A stretch of 63,126 nt of DNA, counting the filler, from Octopus bimaculoides (taxonomy: Eukaryota): NCBI RefSeq assembly GCF_001194135.2. It is 6 parts of 6 records of this genome, joined end to end, with 100 filler letters (N's around TTAATTAATTAA, not from the genome) between each part and the next. Parts side by side here need not be neighbours in the genome. Positions count along the whole stretch, not along the records: positions 1 to 17,746 come from NC_068981.1; positions 17,847 to 23,358 come from NC_068982.1; positions 23,459 to 34,811 come from NC_069005.1; 3 more parts are not named here. One strand, written 5' to 3'. This document shows, piece after piece, positions 13,702 to 27,764 of this stretch. Within the stretch, counting starts at the first letter, position 1. Every line of letters starts with the position of its first letter. The position numbers and the translations under genes were made by a program. The notes beneath the pieces were generated by a model. The model was not told the DNA's origin and did no database searches. It saw only the letters and a list, made by a program, of their open reading frames with translations.

Positions 13702-14542
13702 ATATNNNNNNNNNNNNNNNNNNNNNNNNNNNNNNNNNNNNNNNNNNNNNNNNNNNNNNNNNNNNNNNNNNNNNNNNNNNNNNNNNNNNNNNNNNNNNNN
13801 NNNNNNNNNNNNNNNNNNNNNNNNNNNNNNNNNNNNNNNNNNNNNNNNNNNNNNNNNNNNNNNNNNNNNNNNNNNNNNNNNNNNNNNNNNNNNNNNNNNN
13901 NNNNNNNNNNNNNNNNNNNNNNNNNNNNNNNNNNNNNNNNNNNNNNNNNNNNNNNNNNNNNNNNNNNNNNNNNNNNNNNNNNNNNNNNNNNNNNNNNNNN
14001 NNNNNNNNNNNNNNNNNNNNNNNNNNNNNNNNNNNNNNNNNNNNNNNNNNNNNNNNNNNNNNNNNNNNNNNNNNNNNNNNNNNNNNNNNNNNNNNNNNNN
14101 NNNNNNNNNNNNNNNNNNNNNNNNNNNNNNNNNNNNNNNNNNNNNNNNNNNNNNNNNNNNNNNNNNNNNNNNNNNNNNNNNNNNNNNNNNNNNNNNNNNN
14201 NNNNNNNNNNNNNNNNNNNNNNNNNNNNNNNNNNNNNNNNNNNNNNNNNNNNNNNNNNNNNNNNNNNNNNNNNNNNNNNNNNNNNNNNNNNNNNNNNNNN
14301 NNNNNNNNNNNNNNNNNNNNNNNNNNNNNNNNNNNNNNNNNNNNNNNNNNNNNNNNNNNNNNNNNNNNNNNNNNNNNNNNNNNNNNNNNNNNNNNNNNNN
14401 NNNNNNNNNNNNNNNNNNNNNNNNNNNNNNNNNNNNNNNNNNNNNNNNNNNNNNNNNNNNNNNNNNNNNNNNNNNNNNNNNNNNNNNNNNNNNNNNNNNN
14501 NNNNNNNNNNNNNNNNNNNNNNNNNNNNNNNNNNNNNNNNNN

Positions 14543-14575
<33 letters not shown>

Positions 14576-14677
14576 ATTCATCGAATGATTATGCATGCGT
14601 ACAAAGAACGAACTATAGCCATAGTATATATATGCATATATATATATATATATATGCATATATATAGATAGACAATC

Positions 14678-14717
<40 letters not shown>

Positions 14718-15206
14718 TAAAGTACATGCTTATAAAGATGAATGAATAAATAATCTCAACATGTTCTAAAGACAAAAAACCTAGTATGAAGTAGTAGCCA
14801 ATGAACGAGCAACTTCTTTAACACTTATGACCCTACAGCAGTAGCAACAACATTGGCAACAACTGCAACAACAGGAACACAACGGGGGAAACACACACAC
14901 ACACACGCAGCCATCTTAGAAAACAAGAGCAACAACAAGGGGTGTATATAAAGCCACAACAACTACATTTTAGATATTGAAACTTTAGAAACAATTATTC
15001 CTAGAGCAGCTGCTTTAGTTTTATACATGAACAGAAGAAAGAGAAGTGCAGAAATACGTATCAAATATATGAAAATAAAATACATTCTGAAACGCATGTG
15101 TGTGAATATATATAAATATTGCATTATATATATATTTATATATTGATATTTGTTTATATATATATATATGTATGTGTATATGTATATATATATGTATATG
15201 TATATG

Positions 15207-15310
<104 letters not shown>

Positions 15311-15416
15311 TAAAATGAAAATGCTACATATGATATCCACGTTATGACAAGAATAATAAAAACAATGTAAACTAATGACGGCAAAGAAAATGTAAAATTT
15401 AAAGATAATGCATTGA

Positions 15417-15519
<103 letters not shown>

Positions 15520-16035
15520 TGCAGCAGCAGTAGCTGCAATAGTAGTAGTAGTAGGAAATGTAGCAGTGATAGTAGTATTGTCGTTACCATTATCATGTAC
15601 CTCCTCATCGTACCGAACCTACAATTGACATCAACAGCACGACAGTCATCATCGTAATCAACATCAACTTCATTAAAACCGGTTGTGTGGTAGAAATAAA
15701 TATGTTGGCTTAGTAATGTGTCTTGTATTAGTCCCATAAAACTTAATAGACTGGAGTAGACTTAACAAAAGCTATTGTGAACAATGTTGCACTGCCGTTT
15801 TCCAAAAGCCATTTTCCGTTTTTCTTTCTTTTTTTCTGGATTATGTGGCAGTACTTATTTGTTTAGCTACATTTTAAAAAGGTTTTCGTGTAGTAATATT
15901 GCTAATTTCACCAACTGCAGTACTTAACTGGTATGAATATATCAATCTCCTTTGTGTGAAAAGCAAAATTCACCAGAGCGTGTTTTAAAATGAAGCCGAC
16001 GAAATTTAAAAACTGTAAGACATATTGTATGTGTG

Positions 16036-16335
16036 AAGGCGCATGGCCCAATGGTTAGGGTGTCGGGCTCACAATCACGCAGTAGTGAATTTGATTTCCG
16101 GACCGGGTTGTTTGTTGTGTTCTTGAGTAAGGTACTTTATTTCCCGTTGCTCCAGTTAAATCAGCTGTAGAAATGCGTTTCGACATCACCGGTGCCAAGC
16201 TGCATCGGTCTTTGTTTCCCCCTTGGACAACATCGGTGACGTGAAGAGGGGAGACTGGTATGCATGGGCAACTGCTGGTCCTCCACAAATAACCATCCCC
16301 AGACTTGTGCCTCAGAGGGTAATTTTCTAGGTGCA
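16036..16335 (+). mobile_element. tRNA-derived SINE, family B
   Basis: A-box-like tggcccaatggttagg and B-box-like gatttccggaccggg. Related heads at 30030-30075, 52610-52750 and 44048-44148; a body/tail fragment at 57770-57930. Confidence 0.75.
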
Positions 16336-17703
16336 AGGGGGTCTTTACAATTTTACAGTGTTTTGCGGGTCTGCTACTTTATCTTTTCCATCATTCCATT
16401 TAACTATTTTTGATTCAGTACTACATGAAACCTTGGCATGTAGCTGTCAGCTTAATTATATTAGTTGTACTACCTGTACAGAGCAGCTAATTCTTGTTTG
16501 GGGTAAATGTTCATATGATTGGGCAATTAGCCCATGCTTTTGTACCTAACAGAATTTACACTTGAAACGTAACTAACTTGAACAACCGCAAGTCATCTTG
16601 TCTACGCTCTAACGACTCAACTCTTGATGTTTTAAAAATAGTAGCAGAGCTATTTAATATGAGCCGATTGTCACAACTTTAGGAAGACAGCAGATGATGG
16701 TTGATATAATTCTTCTCTATACCAAATTTATAGTTTAATAACTACAAAAGTATGAGATGGGGATTCAATCCTGATGAGATTTTCACTTAGAAAGTTATAT
16801 GGAGATAAAGTATTTTGTCAAATATGCTGGCCTTGTCAATCAATTTCATTCAATTACAACTTAAAACTTTGGGCTAAAAGCAGAAACAATTGGTCTGGTT
16901 TTAGTTGCACAGGATCAAATTCTAACGATATTATGAAAATGACATAAGAAAAAGATGCTATGAAATGTAGATTATGTACAATGACAGATTTAGGCGCATT
17001 ATGTTTGGCTGCGCGATTTTTGTTAAGTCACTGAGTTGGTAGTGATCTACACCGGAAAACGAATAAAAAGTAATGTACCTAACACAACACATTACCTAAA
17101 GATATACTTATATAAGTCAATATTTACTGCAGCATTTCCCCGACAATAACTGAAGTTTTTAATGACAGTGGATACACTAAAGTGGATATGGGCATCAGAC
17201 ACTCTTGCTAACAGATAATGGAAGTGCTGGTTAAAGAATTATACTGAATCTATACACGCTGCAATAACACAAATTGGAAAATGAGTACATAATTTGCATA
17301 TTACAAAAACTTCGTGGTTTTAATAACAAAAAAGAAAGAAATGAATGGAGTATATATATACATCGATAATACAGAAAAATATTTCTCACGTATAAGAAGA
17401 GTGTTTCTTTGTGTAATGTGTTAGTAGAGGACAAAAAAATAAATTCTTTTTTCTCAGCTGAAAATGTATAAACATGGCTTAAATTGTGTTTCAATCCGGG
17501 CTGCGAAAACCAGCTTTGGTGCTCGTAACTAACGATGCGAAAAACGCAGAAATGCATGCATCCTACGACTCAATGACGTGATTCACAACCCAGTAGGAGG
17601 AGACCATTTTCCCGGAAATACTACGACAGCAAAAGGTCTTTTCACATCAAAGTAAAATCATATTGTTTCCGTGCGTAATAGAACGTATATGATATGATTT
17701 TAC

Positions 17704-17746
<43 letters not shown>

Positions 17747-17846
17747 NNNNNNNNNNNNNNNNNNNNNNNNNNNNNNNNNNNNNNNNNNNNTTAATTAATT
17801 AANNNNNNNNNNNNNNNNNNNNNNNNNNNNNNNNNNNNNNNNNNNN

Positions 17847-17913
<67 letters not shown>

Positions 17914-19097
17914 TCATACACACATACACACACTCATACACACACATGCACACACACACATTCATTATTCACTAATCTGCATGTTTTCTGCTTAATCATA
18001 CAGAAAGCAATCATATTAAGAGCACATAATTTAAGTAGAGTGTGTAATTTCTTTATACGTACAATAGAAAGATTCATAGTGTCAGCAAAATATAGACGGT
18101 AATTGACTTGGTTAGAGCGTGAATTACGTCATTGTACATACTGGCTTGTTATGTATTTGCAGATGTCGGCTTGAGTCCATCTTGTGCGTTATGTAGTGTA
18201 ATCTATAAATGTCATGTTGGTGTGATTTATAATGTATTGGAGATTTAATATATGCAAAATTAAATTGAGAAGCATAGATTATTTTAAATAGGAGTCAGAG
18301 TTTGTACGAATAAAAAGGAAGAGAAAGAGAAGAAAAACAAGATGATAATGGAGACGACGACAACGATGATGATGATTAAGACAGCGAAAAAGGGCAAATT
18401 TCTGAGAACTCGATTAAAAAATTTTAAGATGTTGAAATAAGAAGTGAGGGCGAAGAAAATTTGATTGAGGATTTCAAGGTGAATTTCATATACCATAAAA
18501 AAAAAAAAAAAATTGATAGAGTTTCTTTAAAACATTTGTGTTGCAGAAAATGTTGGCAATTATAGTCCAGTCAAATTAGCTGATGTTCCCCAGAGCCCAC
18601 CACTAATTGTAACAGGAACGAAATCTGTTGGGATTTACTCAGTAGGGTACCCTTCATGATATACTAAAAGTCCCACGAAATCTTTTGAGTGGAACAATGT
18701 TTTTCAGGGGTGAAGTTTGGGATTTCAGACGACCAAAGTACAGACAGGCACAGCAACACTTCTTATGAAGCTATCAAGACGTTTTTGGTGTTCTAACCTA
18801 TGTTTTACTGGTATATCTTTCACATGGAAATGTCTGTCAAAAGATTTTGGGCTACCCTATACCCTTACGAGGAGTAGCCTCACACCACCCTTAACCCTTG
18901 ACTGGCATTTTATGAGCTATACGATTCGTATAAGAAGTGTGTATGATATGGCATGTCCAAGTATTGGATTCTAAAGTTGGAATGTCTGTGATGCATGTAA
19001 GACAACGTTATAGGTAGTAATATTCATAACTACACGTTGGTTTTCCCATAACGTCTGTCTTTAAGCTTAAATTAATATTCAACTATTTTCTTTTCAG

Positions 19098-20110
19098 GGT
19101 CATCATTGCAGATTGCGTATTTTGTAACAAGAAACTCACAGATAGGTAATAAAGTCACACTGGGTAATAAAGGTTGTGAAGGCCGACAACGTGCATCATG
19201 ACACTAGGACTCTTGACGACTCTGGGACATTCAACGGAATGGGTATTTTAGCAGTTGTAACACCCAAATGTGATGGTACCTCAGTAGTAAAACGTGTGTC
19301 TGGGACAGCAGAGGAGATCTCTGCAATAGAACACATCAGCATTAAAAAATTCATATCGCTTGGTGATGAACTTGTTAATATCAAATATGAAGCTCTACCA
19401 GAGAAGCTCAAACACAGGGAAAGACCCAAGGTAGATCTCCTGATAGAAACGTCCTAGTCAGTCTGGTTAGCAAATGATAAACGACGGAGACCACCCAAGA
19501 CAGTTATCCACCATGGAACGCCTCTCAAACCAAGAAAACAAACAACGCTTTCTTAAAGTTTTGAGAGATGCCCTGGCCAAAGAAGGCTGTGAAGTTATCC
19601 GTGCCAGAAGGGATGCAGATACTCTTATTGTCCAAACTGCAGTGAGAATCTCTGAGAACAGAGTAACTGTGTTAGTCGGAGACGACACAGACCGCCTTGT
19701 TCTCCTCATGCACCTTACAAAAGACAAACATGACATCCACTTCCGTCCTGAACCAAAGAAAGGAGCAGAAGTCAAATGCATGGGTGTTAATTCGATCAAG
19801 CATAAGCTTGGGGCCCAGGTTTGCAGATATATTCTTTGTGCATGCTTTCTTGGGGTGCGATACCACATCCAAGAGTTTTAAGATCGAGAAGACGGCAGGT
19901 TTCAAACTTATTCAAGATAGCGAGGCATTTCAGGAACAAGCGGAGGTGTTCAGGAGTAAAACGTCAACAAAGGACATCATCACACGGCTGGTGAGAAGGC
20001 AATGGCCATTGTCTATAAGTGGAACTCCAGCGACTCCCTCGATGATGTTAGATATCGCCGATTCCAAGCTCTTATCACCGCGAAAAATTGGCAGCTATGA
20101 AGTACCATAG
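19098..20110 (+). mobile_element. Academ (XPG-type, AcademX-like) DNA transposon, internally deleted and frameshifted
   Basis: DCVFCNKKL..VTLGNKGCE, then ADNVHHDTRTLDDSGTFNGMGILAVVTP (transposase-region motif), then ENKQRFL..DADTLIVQTAV..VLVGDDTDRLVLL and HAFLGCDTTS (XPG/FEN1-like acidic and H3TH motifs), across at least three frames with stops. Confidence 0.75.
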
Positions 20111-20565
20111 TCTGTTATAAAGCAAGTAAATGAAAACTAATGTAACAGATCACTTCAGCGCATCATTGCCAGCGCCTGTAAGCAGGCATCCTTATAATAT
20201 TTTTTAAAGATTTCATTAAATAATTGACAAAATAAATTTTTTAAAAGATTTCACTAAATAACTGAGGAAAAGTTATATTTTTCATTCAGAATAATTTAAA
20301 GCAACGCTTTTTTAAACAGTGATATAAGCCAGCTGTTTATTTACTGAAGTTGTCATAAAGAGGATCTTTTACTCATAACATTTAGCATAAAATTCAATAT
20401 GACATGAAGCATTCACTCAAGTGGTTGTTTGCAACGAACTGTTTCACTTCACGATACCTATGAATTGGTTATTAGATGCATGTAGATAGATGGAAAGCAA
20501 GCACTAGGATTCCTCCTAAATACACACAGATCGGAAGTTAGAGATCATTGTTGTATTGATTTCAA

Positions 20566-20725
20566 ATTTCGGCCTGGGGTGCGGAGAAAAGTTGATTAGA
20601 TCGACCCAAATGCTCAACTGATACAAATTTTATCGACCCCGAAAGGATAAAAGGCAATGTCGATCTCAGCGAAATTTGAGTTCAGAACGTAAATACAGAC
20701 GAAATTCCGCTAAGCATTTTACCGC
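20566..20725 (-). mobile_element. SINE family A, partial
   Basis: atcgaccccgaaaggataaaaggcaatgtcgatctcagcgaaatttgagttcagaacgt. Confidence 0.8.
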
Positions 20726-22718
20726 CCTGTATAATGTATAAATATTACTGTAAATATACATAGGTAATCTTTCCCAACACGTTACTGTTTAATAATGAAG
20801 AAACATTTACTTCCACCTGGTACAAAAGAAGGCTGCAATAGTGTATTTTGTCGACGGTTTTGATACAGACGTATAATTGACTGATAGTTTTTGCAGTGAA
20901 ATGCACCTTAAAAGTCTCAGTGGTCTTTCCGAATTGGAATGTACTGTAATCCTGAAAAAAAAAAAGACATTAGAGGAATTTTGAGCTTAAACTATGCCAC
21001 ACATTTCAGAAATCATATACAGTGCTTAAATCTCTCAAGAAAGATTTTGCAACAAAACTATTTACGTGAAGTTTATTCAATTTTGAAACCACTGCCATCA
21101 TCACCATTATTTTTCCACCATCTCTTTTATATTCCAACATTTCAGAAAGAATGTGTAGAGAAACATAGAGCATAAAGTTTGACGTCACAGAATTGTACTG
21201 TCATCGTCATTACCAGTATACCTCAATCTCCCTACGTCTATATCTTCATGCGTGTCTCTCATTGTTTATCTGTTTTCAGTCTCACTATTCCTGCGAGAAT
21301 CGGTGAGAAAAGTAGAGAGCAAAAGAGAAAAAGTGTTACTATAAGTGTGTTTTTGAATGTTTATGTATGACTTTATATATTATGTAAATGCATGAGTACA
21401 TATATTTGTATATGTGTATTATAAATCAAAAGCGTTTATAAAAGATGCTTTGTAGACACAAATCAAAGAATTGGTATTGAAGTAGAAAGGTGTTAATGTT
21501 TATTTTGGGAAAAGATAGCATTTAAATATGTATACTAACACATATTCAAATATTTATACATATCAATTTGTCGATACCTTAGGATTTGCTTTGTCTATTC
21601 ATTAGAATATTTTAATCTGTCAAAAGGCATGTTCTCAACAAAAATTTCTACTGTCTCTATTACGGATATTTTCATAAATCATCAACAACAGATTATTTGC
21701 AACGTCATTATACTCTCCATTAAATTTGTATTCTAAAATATCGATTCACAGAGCTACGTCAACAGCCTTCTTGTTAATCAGAAAAAAAAGAGAAAATATT
21801 TATAGATATCCAAAATGTAAAGAGGATTATAAACACAATGTTTCCTCGACTATGATAGCTCTTGTATTTAAATGCCATTTTATTTCATTACATTTTTGTG
21901 GCTTCTTCTGAAAACATCTCTAATCAGAAATTCAGAAAGAGCAGGTTTGTTTGCCTGGAGTGTAAGTGCGAGTTCGACAATTTTCCTATGCTATCTGCCA
22001 TTTACGTGTATTTACATAATTTTCTCTTTCATCCGTTTGAGTATTCACAAATATAGAATCTTAAACGAAACGTTTGTACTAGTATTTTTGTAACCTAGAA
22101 TCAATATTACATGAAATGGAAGTAATTTTGATGCATATTTTGTATCTTTCGGATTGTCATAATGTTCTTTAAACATGATTCCAGTAAACATTTAATTTAT
22201 TTCGGTTTTAGGGTGAAAAGACCCTATTAAATTATTGCACTTAGTAATATCAAGTGTCATTTACTTAACGCTTGTTTTGTTGGTTTATTTCATGATCCAA
22301 CTAGATAAATCCTCTCAGAAATAAATGGAAAAACGTCCAATTGCAACATGTGATTGTACGAGAAATGGCAATTGCAAATTAATGTTCCAGATACCGAATG
22401 AACAAATGCTTAATTAGTATTATTTAAGTATAAATTTCTCTAATTAAGAGTAAATCATACACTATAGAATTTTAAACCAGAGCAACTGGAACTGTTACCA
22501 TACGTCAATTCACTTCTGTTTAGACATTCAATAAAATTAAAGCGTCTCTCACAAATAGAAAAGTAAGTTTAATAACACTTGTTACAAGAAATGCTAAATA
22601 ACTTTAAACTTCCAAATAAGAAATTCCATGCCATAATGTAATAGACAAGGTACAGAATACGCATATATATATATATATATATATANNNNNNNNNNNNNNN
22701 NNNNNNNNNNNNNNNNNN

Positions 22719-22756
<38 letters not shown>

Positions 22757-23116
22757 ATATAAGACAAGTTAAAATAATGGTCAATACATATAACTCCTTT
22801 ATACCAAATTTGGTTTATAGCAGTTTCCAGTAGTCATTATAAATAGGTTTACTCAATTGCCCTATTGATCAATTGAGGTAGATTGAAAGACCTAAGAAAT
22901 TTAATGATACCTTCGTGAGAGCTTTTACTGGAAATAAACAGACCACTGAAGCCAATACATGGATTTACAATATAGAGTTATGATGAACCATAACTTTGGA
23001 CCCTACCAAAAGATTACTTGGAGTTCTTCACTAATCTAAGTAATATTGTTAGCCTGGTATGCCAACAGATAGCTAATGAAGTATTTTGCCGGGATCGATA
23101 AACCCTCACTACATAT

Positions 23117-23358
23117 ATATTGGGTTGGCAACTAAGTTCCCGCCGTTTTTTAAAAAATTTAAATTTTAAAAGAAGGTTTCATAAAAAATAACAACTAATT
23201 AATCAACTTCTTTCCAACGTTCAACAAGATTTTCAATACCTCGTTGGTAGAAATCACCTGATTTCCGACTCGAAAAATTGATCCAACCAAGGTCTCAATT
23301 CTGCATCAGTATTGAACGAAACTCCGCGCATAGCATTTGAAAGAGATCGAAAGAGGTG
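23117..23358 (-). mobile_element. Mariner right end (transposase C-terminus and TIR), same family as 26746-27355
   Basis: Minus strand HLFRSLSNAMRGVSFNTDAELRPWLDQFFES..DFYQRGIENLVERWKEV is similar to the 27.2-27.35 kb copy. TIR-like ta-ttgggttggcaactaagtt at about 23119. Truncated by a gap. Confidence 0.85.
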
Positions 23359-23674
23359 NNNNNNNNNNNNNNNNNNNNNNNNNNNNNNNNNNNNNNNNNN
23401 NNTTAATTAATTAANNNNNNNNNNNNNNNNNNNNNNNNNNNNNNNNNNNNNNNNNNNNTGTGAGAGAGAGAGAGAGCAAATTTATTGATATCTGTGTCGA
23501 CAAACGTATGGTTTGTTTCGCACTGTAGAGCTTCCCAAAATGATAATGATGGTGATGATGATGATGGTGGCAGTGGCGGTGATGACATCCAGATATAACC
23601 ATAAGCACAGATTATATTCATATATATATATATATATATATATATAAACAATATATATAAGCATATGTTCATAC

Positions 23675-23713
<39 letters not shown>

Positions 23714-25529
23714 CACACACACACATGTACATATATACAGTTCCTAATATATATATATATACATACACACAGACACACGTACATATATAGTTCCTTATAT
23801 ATAAGCATATGTTCATACATTATAAGTACACACACGCACACAGACGCATACATACATATATATATGTACACACACACACACAGATGTTGATACAAACGGC
23901 AAAATAGAACTAATTATGAGTATACATATATTTTTATTAATATTTAGCACAAAACTCTTGGACCTTGAGTCACTGCGCTTCTGTTAAATACACACACACA
24001 CACACAAATGTGTAAATCTGTGTGCATAAAAGACCATGTACATAATATTTACTAGCTGTAATTATTTTGTCTTGAGAAATTTCTCAAGTTATTGTGTGCT
24101 AAAAATACACACCTCACTCAGAATGGCATCAGTAGATTGTCAGACACCAGTGTTTTGGCTTTATTTAAGCTCCTCAGGGATGAATACCTGCCGAGCCCTT
24201 CTGAGCTAAGTCAGAATTTTTACATTCCAATACAGAAATCAGCAACAAAACATTTGCTGATTTGCGCAGAAACTGGTCAGGCTTCAAATAAAATAGCATA
24301 AGCACTTGAAACAACATTAAATTAAAATAATACTGTGTATAACATCTATAATACATATACAGGTACAGACATGGCTGTGTGGGTTGCTTCTTAACCACAT
24401 GGCTCCTTGTTCAATCTCACTGCATGGCAAGTGTCTTCTACTATAGCCTTGGGCCGACCAAAGCTTTGTGAGTAGATTTGCTAGACGGAAACTGAAAGAA
24501 GCCCATCGTCTGTGTATGTGTGTGTGTGTGTGTGTGTGCGTGCGTGTGTTGCCTACTGCTTGACAATTGGTGTTGGTATGTTTACATCCCCATAACTTAG
24601 CAGTTTGGCAAAACAGACCAATAGAATAAGAACTGGGGTCAATTAATTCATTGACCGAATTCCTTCAAGGTGGTGCCCCAGCATGGCCGCAGTCCAGTGA
24701 GTGAAACAAGCAAAAGGTAAGAAACTCTCGTTCATTATGCAAACAAACACATGCTTGCAAGCATGTACATGTATGCAGGTGCTTGCATTGCAGCTGCACA
24801 TACAAAATACGTATACACATTCATAGTCACACACATTCTTACACACACACACACACACACACACTTAGACACATACACACACTTAGACACATTTGACAGT
24901 GTCCAAACTTTACAAACCCAGAGCACACCCGCACCCACATATTTGCCGATGGAGAGACACACCAAAGCGTTTTGCTGCAACTGCTGCAGAGAAATCAAAG
25001 AGTCTGGAAAGAAGAATGGTAATTAAGAAAGATTGGGGGAAGAGTGTGTTGGGGCGGGGGAAGGCGGGAACAGGTTGAGAATAGTCGTGATGGAAACAAC
25101 GATGTGGTATAAAGTGGTAAGTTATGTTGTGTATGGGGAGGGGGGACGGTGTGACGTATGTAGTAAGGAAGTGTATGTAGGTGTGGGATTTATGGTGTGT
25201 GTGTGTGTGTGTGATGTAGAATTCTTTGTTTCATGGAAACAAGGCACAAAAAATAAAAAGAAAAAGGAAAAACAAATTCCTTTATTAACAATGGTCTTTG
25301 TCTGCGACTGAGAACTGTGTCTTGAAATTCAAAGGATCAAAAGAGAAGCGGTTTGAAGAACAAGGAAAGAAAGTATATTTTGGAAAATGAAAAATTTCAC
25401 ACACAAGACCCCCACCCCCACCCTTGGGCCGGCTGTGACATTGTGTGCCTCTGCGATTCAGGCTTGCAGGAAATAACTCTTTACCATTTAAAGAGCACCA
25501 CACTTAGCTCTGAGTTGTTGTCATAGCAG

Positions 25530-25588
25530 CAGTGGTGATGGTGGTAGTAGTAGTAGTAGTAGTAGCAATAGTAGTAGTAATGGTGGTG

Positions 25589-25628
<40 letters not shown>

Positions 25629-25651
25629 CAATAGTAGTAGTAATGGTGGTG

Positions 25652-25685
<34 letters not shown>

Positions 25686-25708
25686 CAATAGTAGTAGTAA
25701 TGGTGGTG

Positions 25709-25750
<42 letters not shown>

Positions 25751-26090
25751 ATTGGTGATGGTGGTAGTAGTAATGGTGGTGGTGGTGGTGGTAGTAGTAG
25801 TAGTAGTAATTGGTGATGATGGTAGTAGTAATGGTGGTGGTGGTGGTGGTAGTCGTAGCAGCAGTGATGTAGTAGTGGTAGTAGTGGTGGTGGTGGTGGT
25901 AGTAGTAGTAGTAATTGGTGATGGCAGTAGTAATGGTGGCGGTGGTGGTAGAACTAGCAACAGCGATGTAGTAGTGGTAGTGGTGGTAGTAGTAGTAGTA
26001 GCAGCAGCAGTTGCCCTTGTTGTTGTTGCAGTAGTTGCAGTCATACTAGCAGCAGCAGTAGTAGTAGTAGTAGTAGCAGCAGTGGTAACC
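25530..26090. repeat. Compound (GTA)/(GTG) trinucleotide repeat with higher-order units of about 60 bp
   Basis: gtagcaatagtagtagtaatggtggtggt.. three times, then gtaattggtgatg.. three times. Confidence 0.9.
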
Positions 26091-26423
26091 ACTATTGATT
26101 ATGGCACTCCCCCGATCCCCCACCCAATCCAGCAGGACTGATCAAAGGTATTCCAATCATACCAATCTCAATGGGGAGGAGGGAGAGAAAGAAGGAGAGG
26201 GAGAGGTGGAGGGGACTAGATGATATCATTCAGACCATCATCCATCTCGGAGTACATTACCCAATGTGTCTCTCTTTCCTTTTAAAAACAGTAATACGAG
26301 TAAGATGTGACTTGGCAGCTGCTATTTCTAGTATACCAGAGAACCACCTAGAGGCTCCCTCATTGGTTCAAACCATTGTTGATGAGATCAGTCAGGGCGC
26401 CAGACTAATTGTCTCACAATATT

Positions 26424-26745
26424 GGTTTCAAATTTTGGCACAAAGCCAGCAACATGGAGGGGGGGGTTAGTTGATTACATCGATCCCCAGAATTCAACCG
26501 GTACTTATTTCATTGACCCCCACCCGAAAGGATGAAAGGCAAAGTCAACCTCGGCGGAATTTGAACTCTGAATGTAAAGACAGACGATATGTCGCTAAGC
26601 ATTTTGCCCAACGTGCTAACGAGTCCGACAGCTCGCCACCTTAATAATAATAATAATAATAATAATAATCCTTTCTATTATAGGCACAAGGCCTGAAATT
26701 TTAGGGGTAGGGATTAAATCGATTACATCAACCCCAGTGTTTCAC
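26424..26745 (-). mobile_element. Two stacked SINE family A copies separated by (AAT)n; the second abuts the mariner fragment
   Basis: Reverse complement similar to 191-422. Confidence 0.8.
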
Positions 26746-27355
26746 CAGTTTGCTCACTCGACATCATTCAACACAGTCACAAACAGCGTTTTCTTTACCG
26801 CATTGTTACTGGCAATGAAAGATGGTGTCTCTATGCCAATATGAAGCAGCGAAAAGAATGGCTCAGTCTTGACAAACTAGCAACTCTGCAAGCAAAACAA
26901 GACCTTCATCCTCGAAAGACCATGTTGTGTGTCTGGTGGAACTAGGAAGGCATAATTCATTACAAACTGTTTGAACACAACCGAAACACTTAATGAAGAG
27001 CTCTACATTCAACAACTGCACTGACTCGACGAAGCAATTCAGCAAAAAAGACCGAATAAGTGAAATGGCATTCTTCTGCAACCCAACAATGCTCGTCCTC
27101 ACATTACCAATATGACCAAAGCCACGATTCAAGAACTCGAATGGGAAGTGCTGCCTCGTCCTCCATACTGTCCAGAATTGGTGCCATCAGGTTTTCATCT
27201 CTTTCGACCGGTTTCAAATGTTCTGCGTGGTGTATCGTTCAACAATGATGTGGAATTGAGGGTTTGGTTGGACGAATTCTTTGAGTCAAAACAGGGAGAT
27301 TTCTATCGCTGAAGCATCAAAAACCTTACTGAAGGATGGGAGGAAGTCGTAAAAA
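26746..27355 (+). mobile_element. Mariner (Tc1/mariner) transposase pseudogene fragment
   Basis: FLYRIVTGNERWCLY (cf. IVTGDEKW), NARPH, WEVLPRPPYCPELVPSGFHLF (cf. HPPYSPDLAPSDYHLF), several stops. Confidence 0.9.
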
Positions 27356-27726
27356 TAAGTACTATGCTTTCAAAGAATAAGAGCAGGGGTTGATCTGTTT
27401 AACTAAAGGCGGTGCTCCAGCATAGCTGCAGTCAAAATTATTGAAAGAAATAAAAGAATATATATATATATATATATATAAAGACACACACACACACAGC
27501 ATTTCTCAGTCTTGCAAACTATAATGTGAAGAGCAATGCTGAAGGGAGTGTGAGGTCCTTTATCTAATTATTTATTCATCCAAGCACAGATAATATATCC
27601 CCTTATGATAATGGCTAGCTGAAACAATCCAAAGGGCAATGTTCCTGCTAGCAATAACGATTTTTAAATAACAACAACAACACAGTTGTATCTCAAAGGT
27701 GGGGAGGGGGCATTTAGCCAATAAAG

Positions 27727-27764
<38 letters not shown>

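Noticed and set aside
16771-16793. Hammerhead ribozyme core CTGATGA...GAAA
   Set aside because: Stem II does not pair (no G-C closing pair) and I found no stems I/III.
17791-17802. TTAATTAATTAA islands centred in 100-bp N blocks (also 23403-23414, 34856-34867, 59620-59631, 61720-61731)
   Set aside because: The identical six-frame-stop palindrome flanked symmetrically by Ns is a scaffolding placeholder for unsized gaps, not biology.
18530-19050. Possible upstream part of the Academ element
   Set aside because: I recognised no Academ motif or TIR in any frame, so it is left unassigned.
21280-21302. 23-nt microexon candidate (ttttcag / gtgaga)
   Set aside because: Such site pairs occur by chance, it is not a multiple of 3, and there is no homology.
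25481-26141. Mucin-like Thr/Pro or poly-Val ORFs
   Set aside because: They are trinucleotide-repeat artefacts open on both strands, with an upstream in-frame stop and no convincing splice context.
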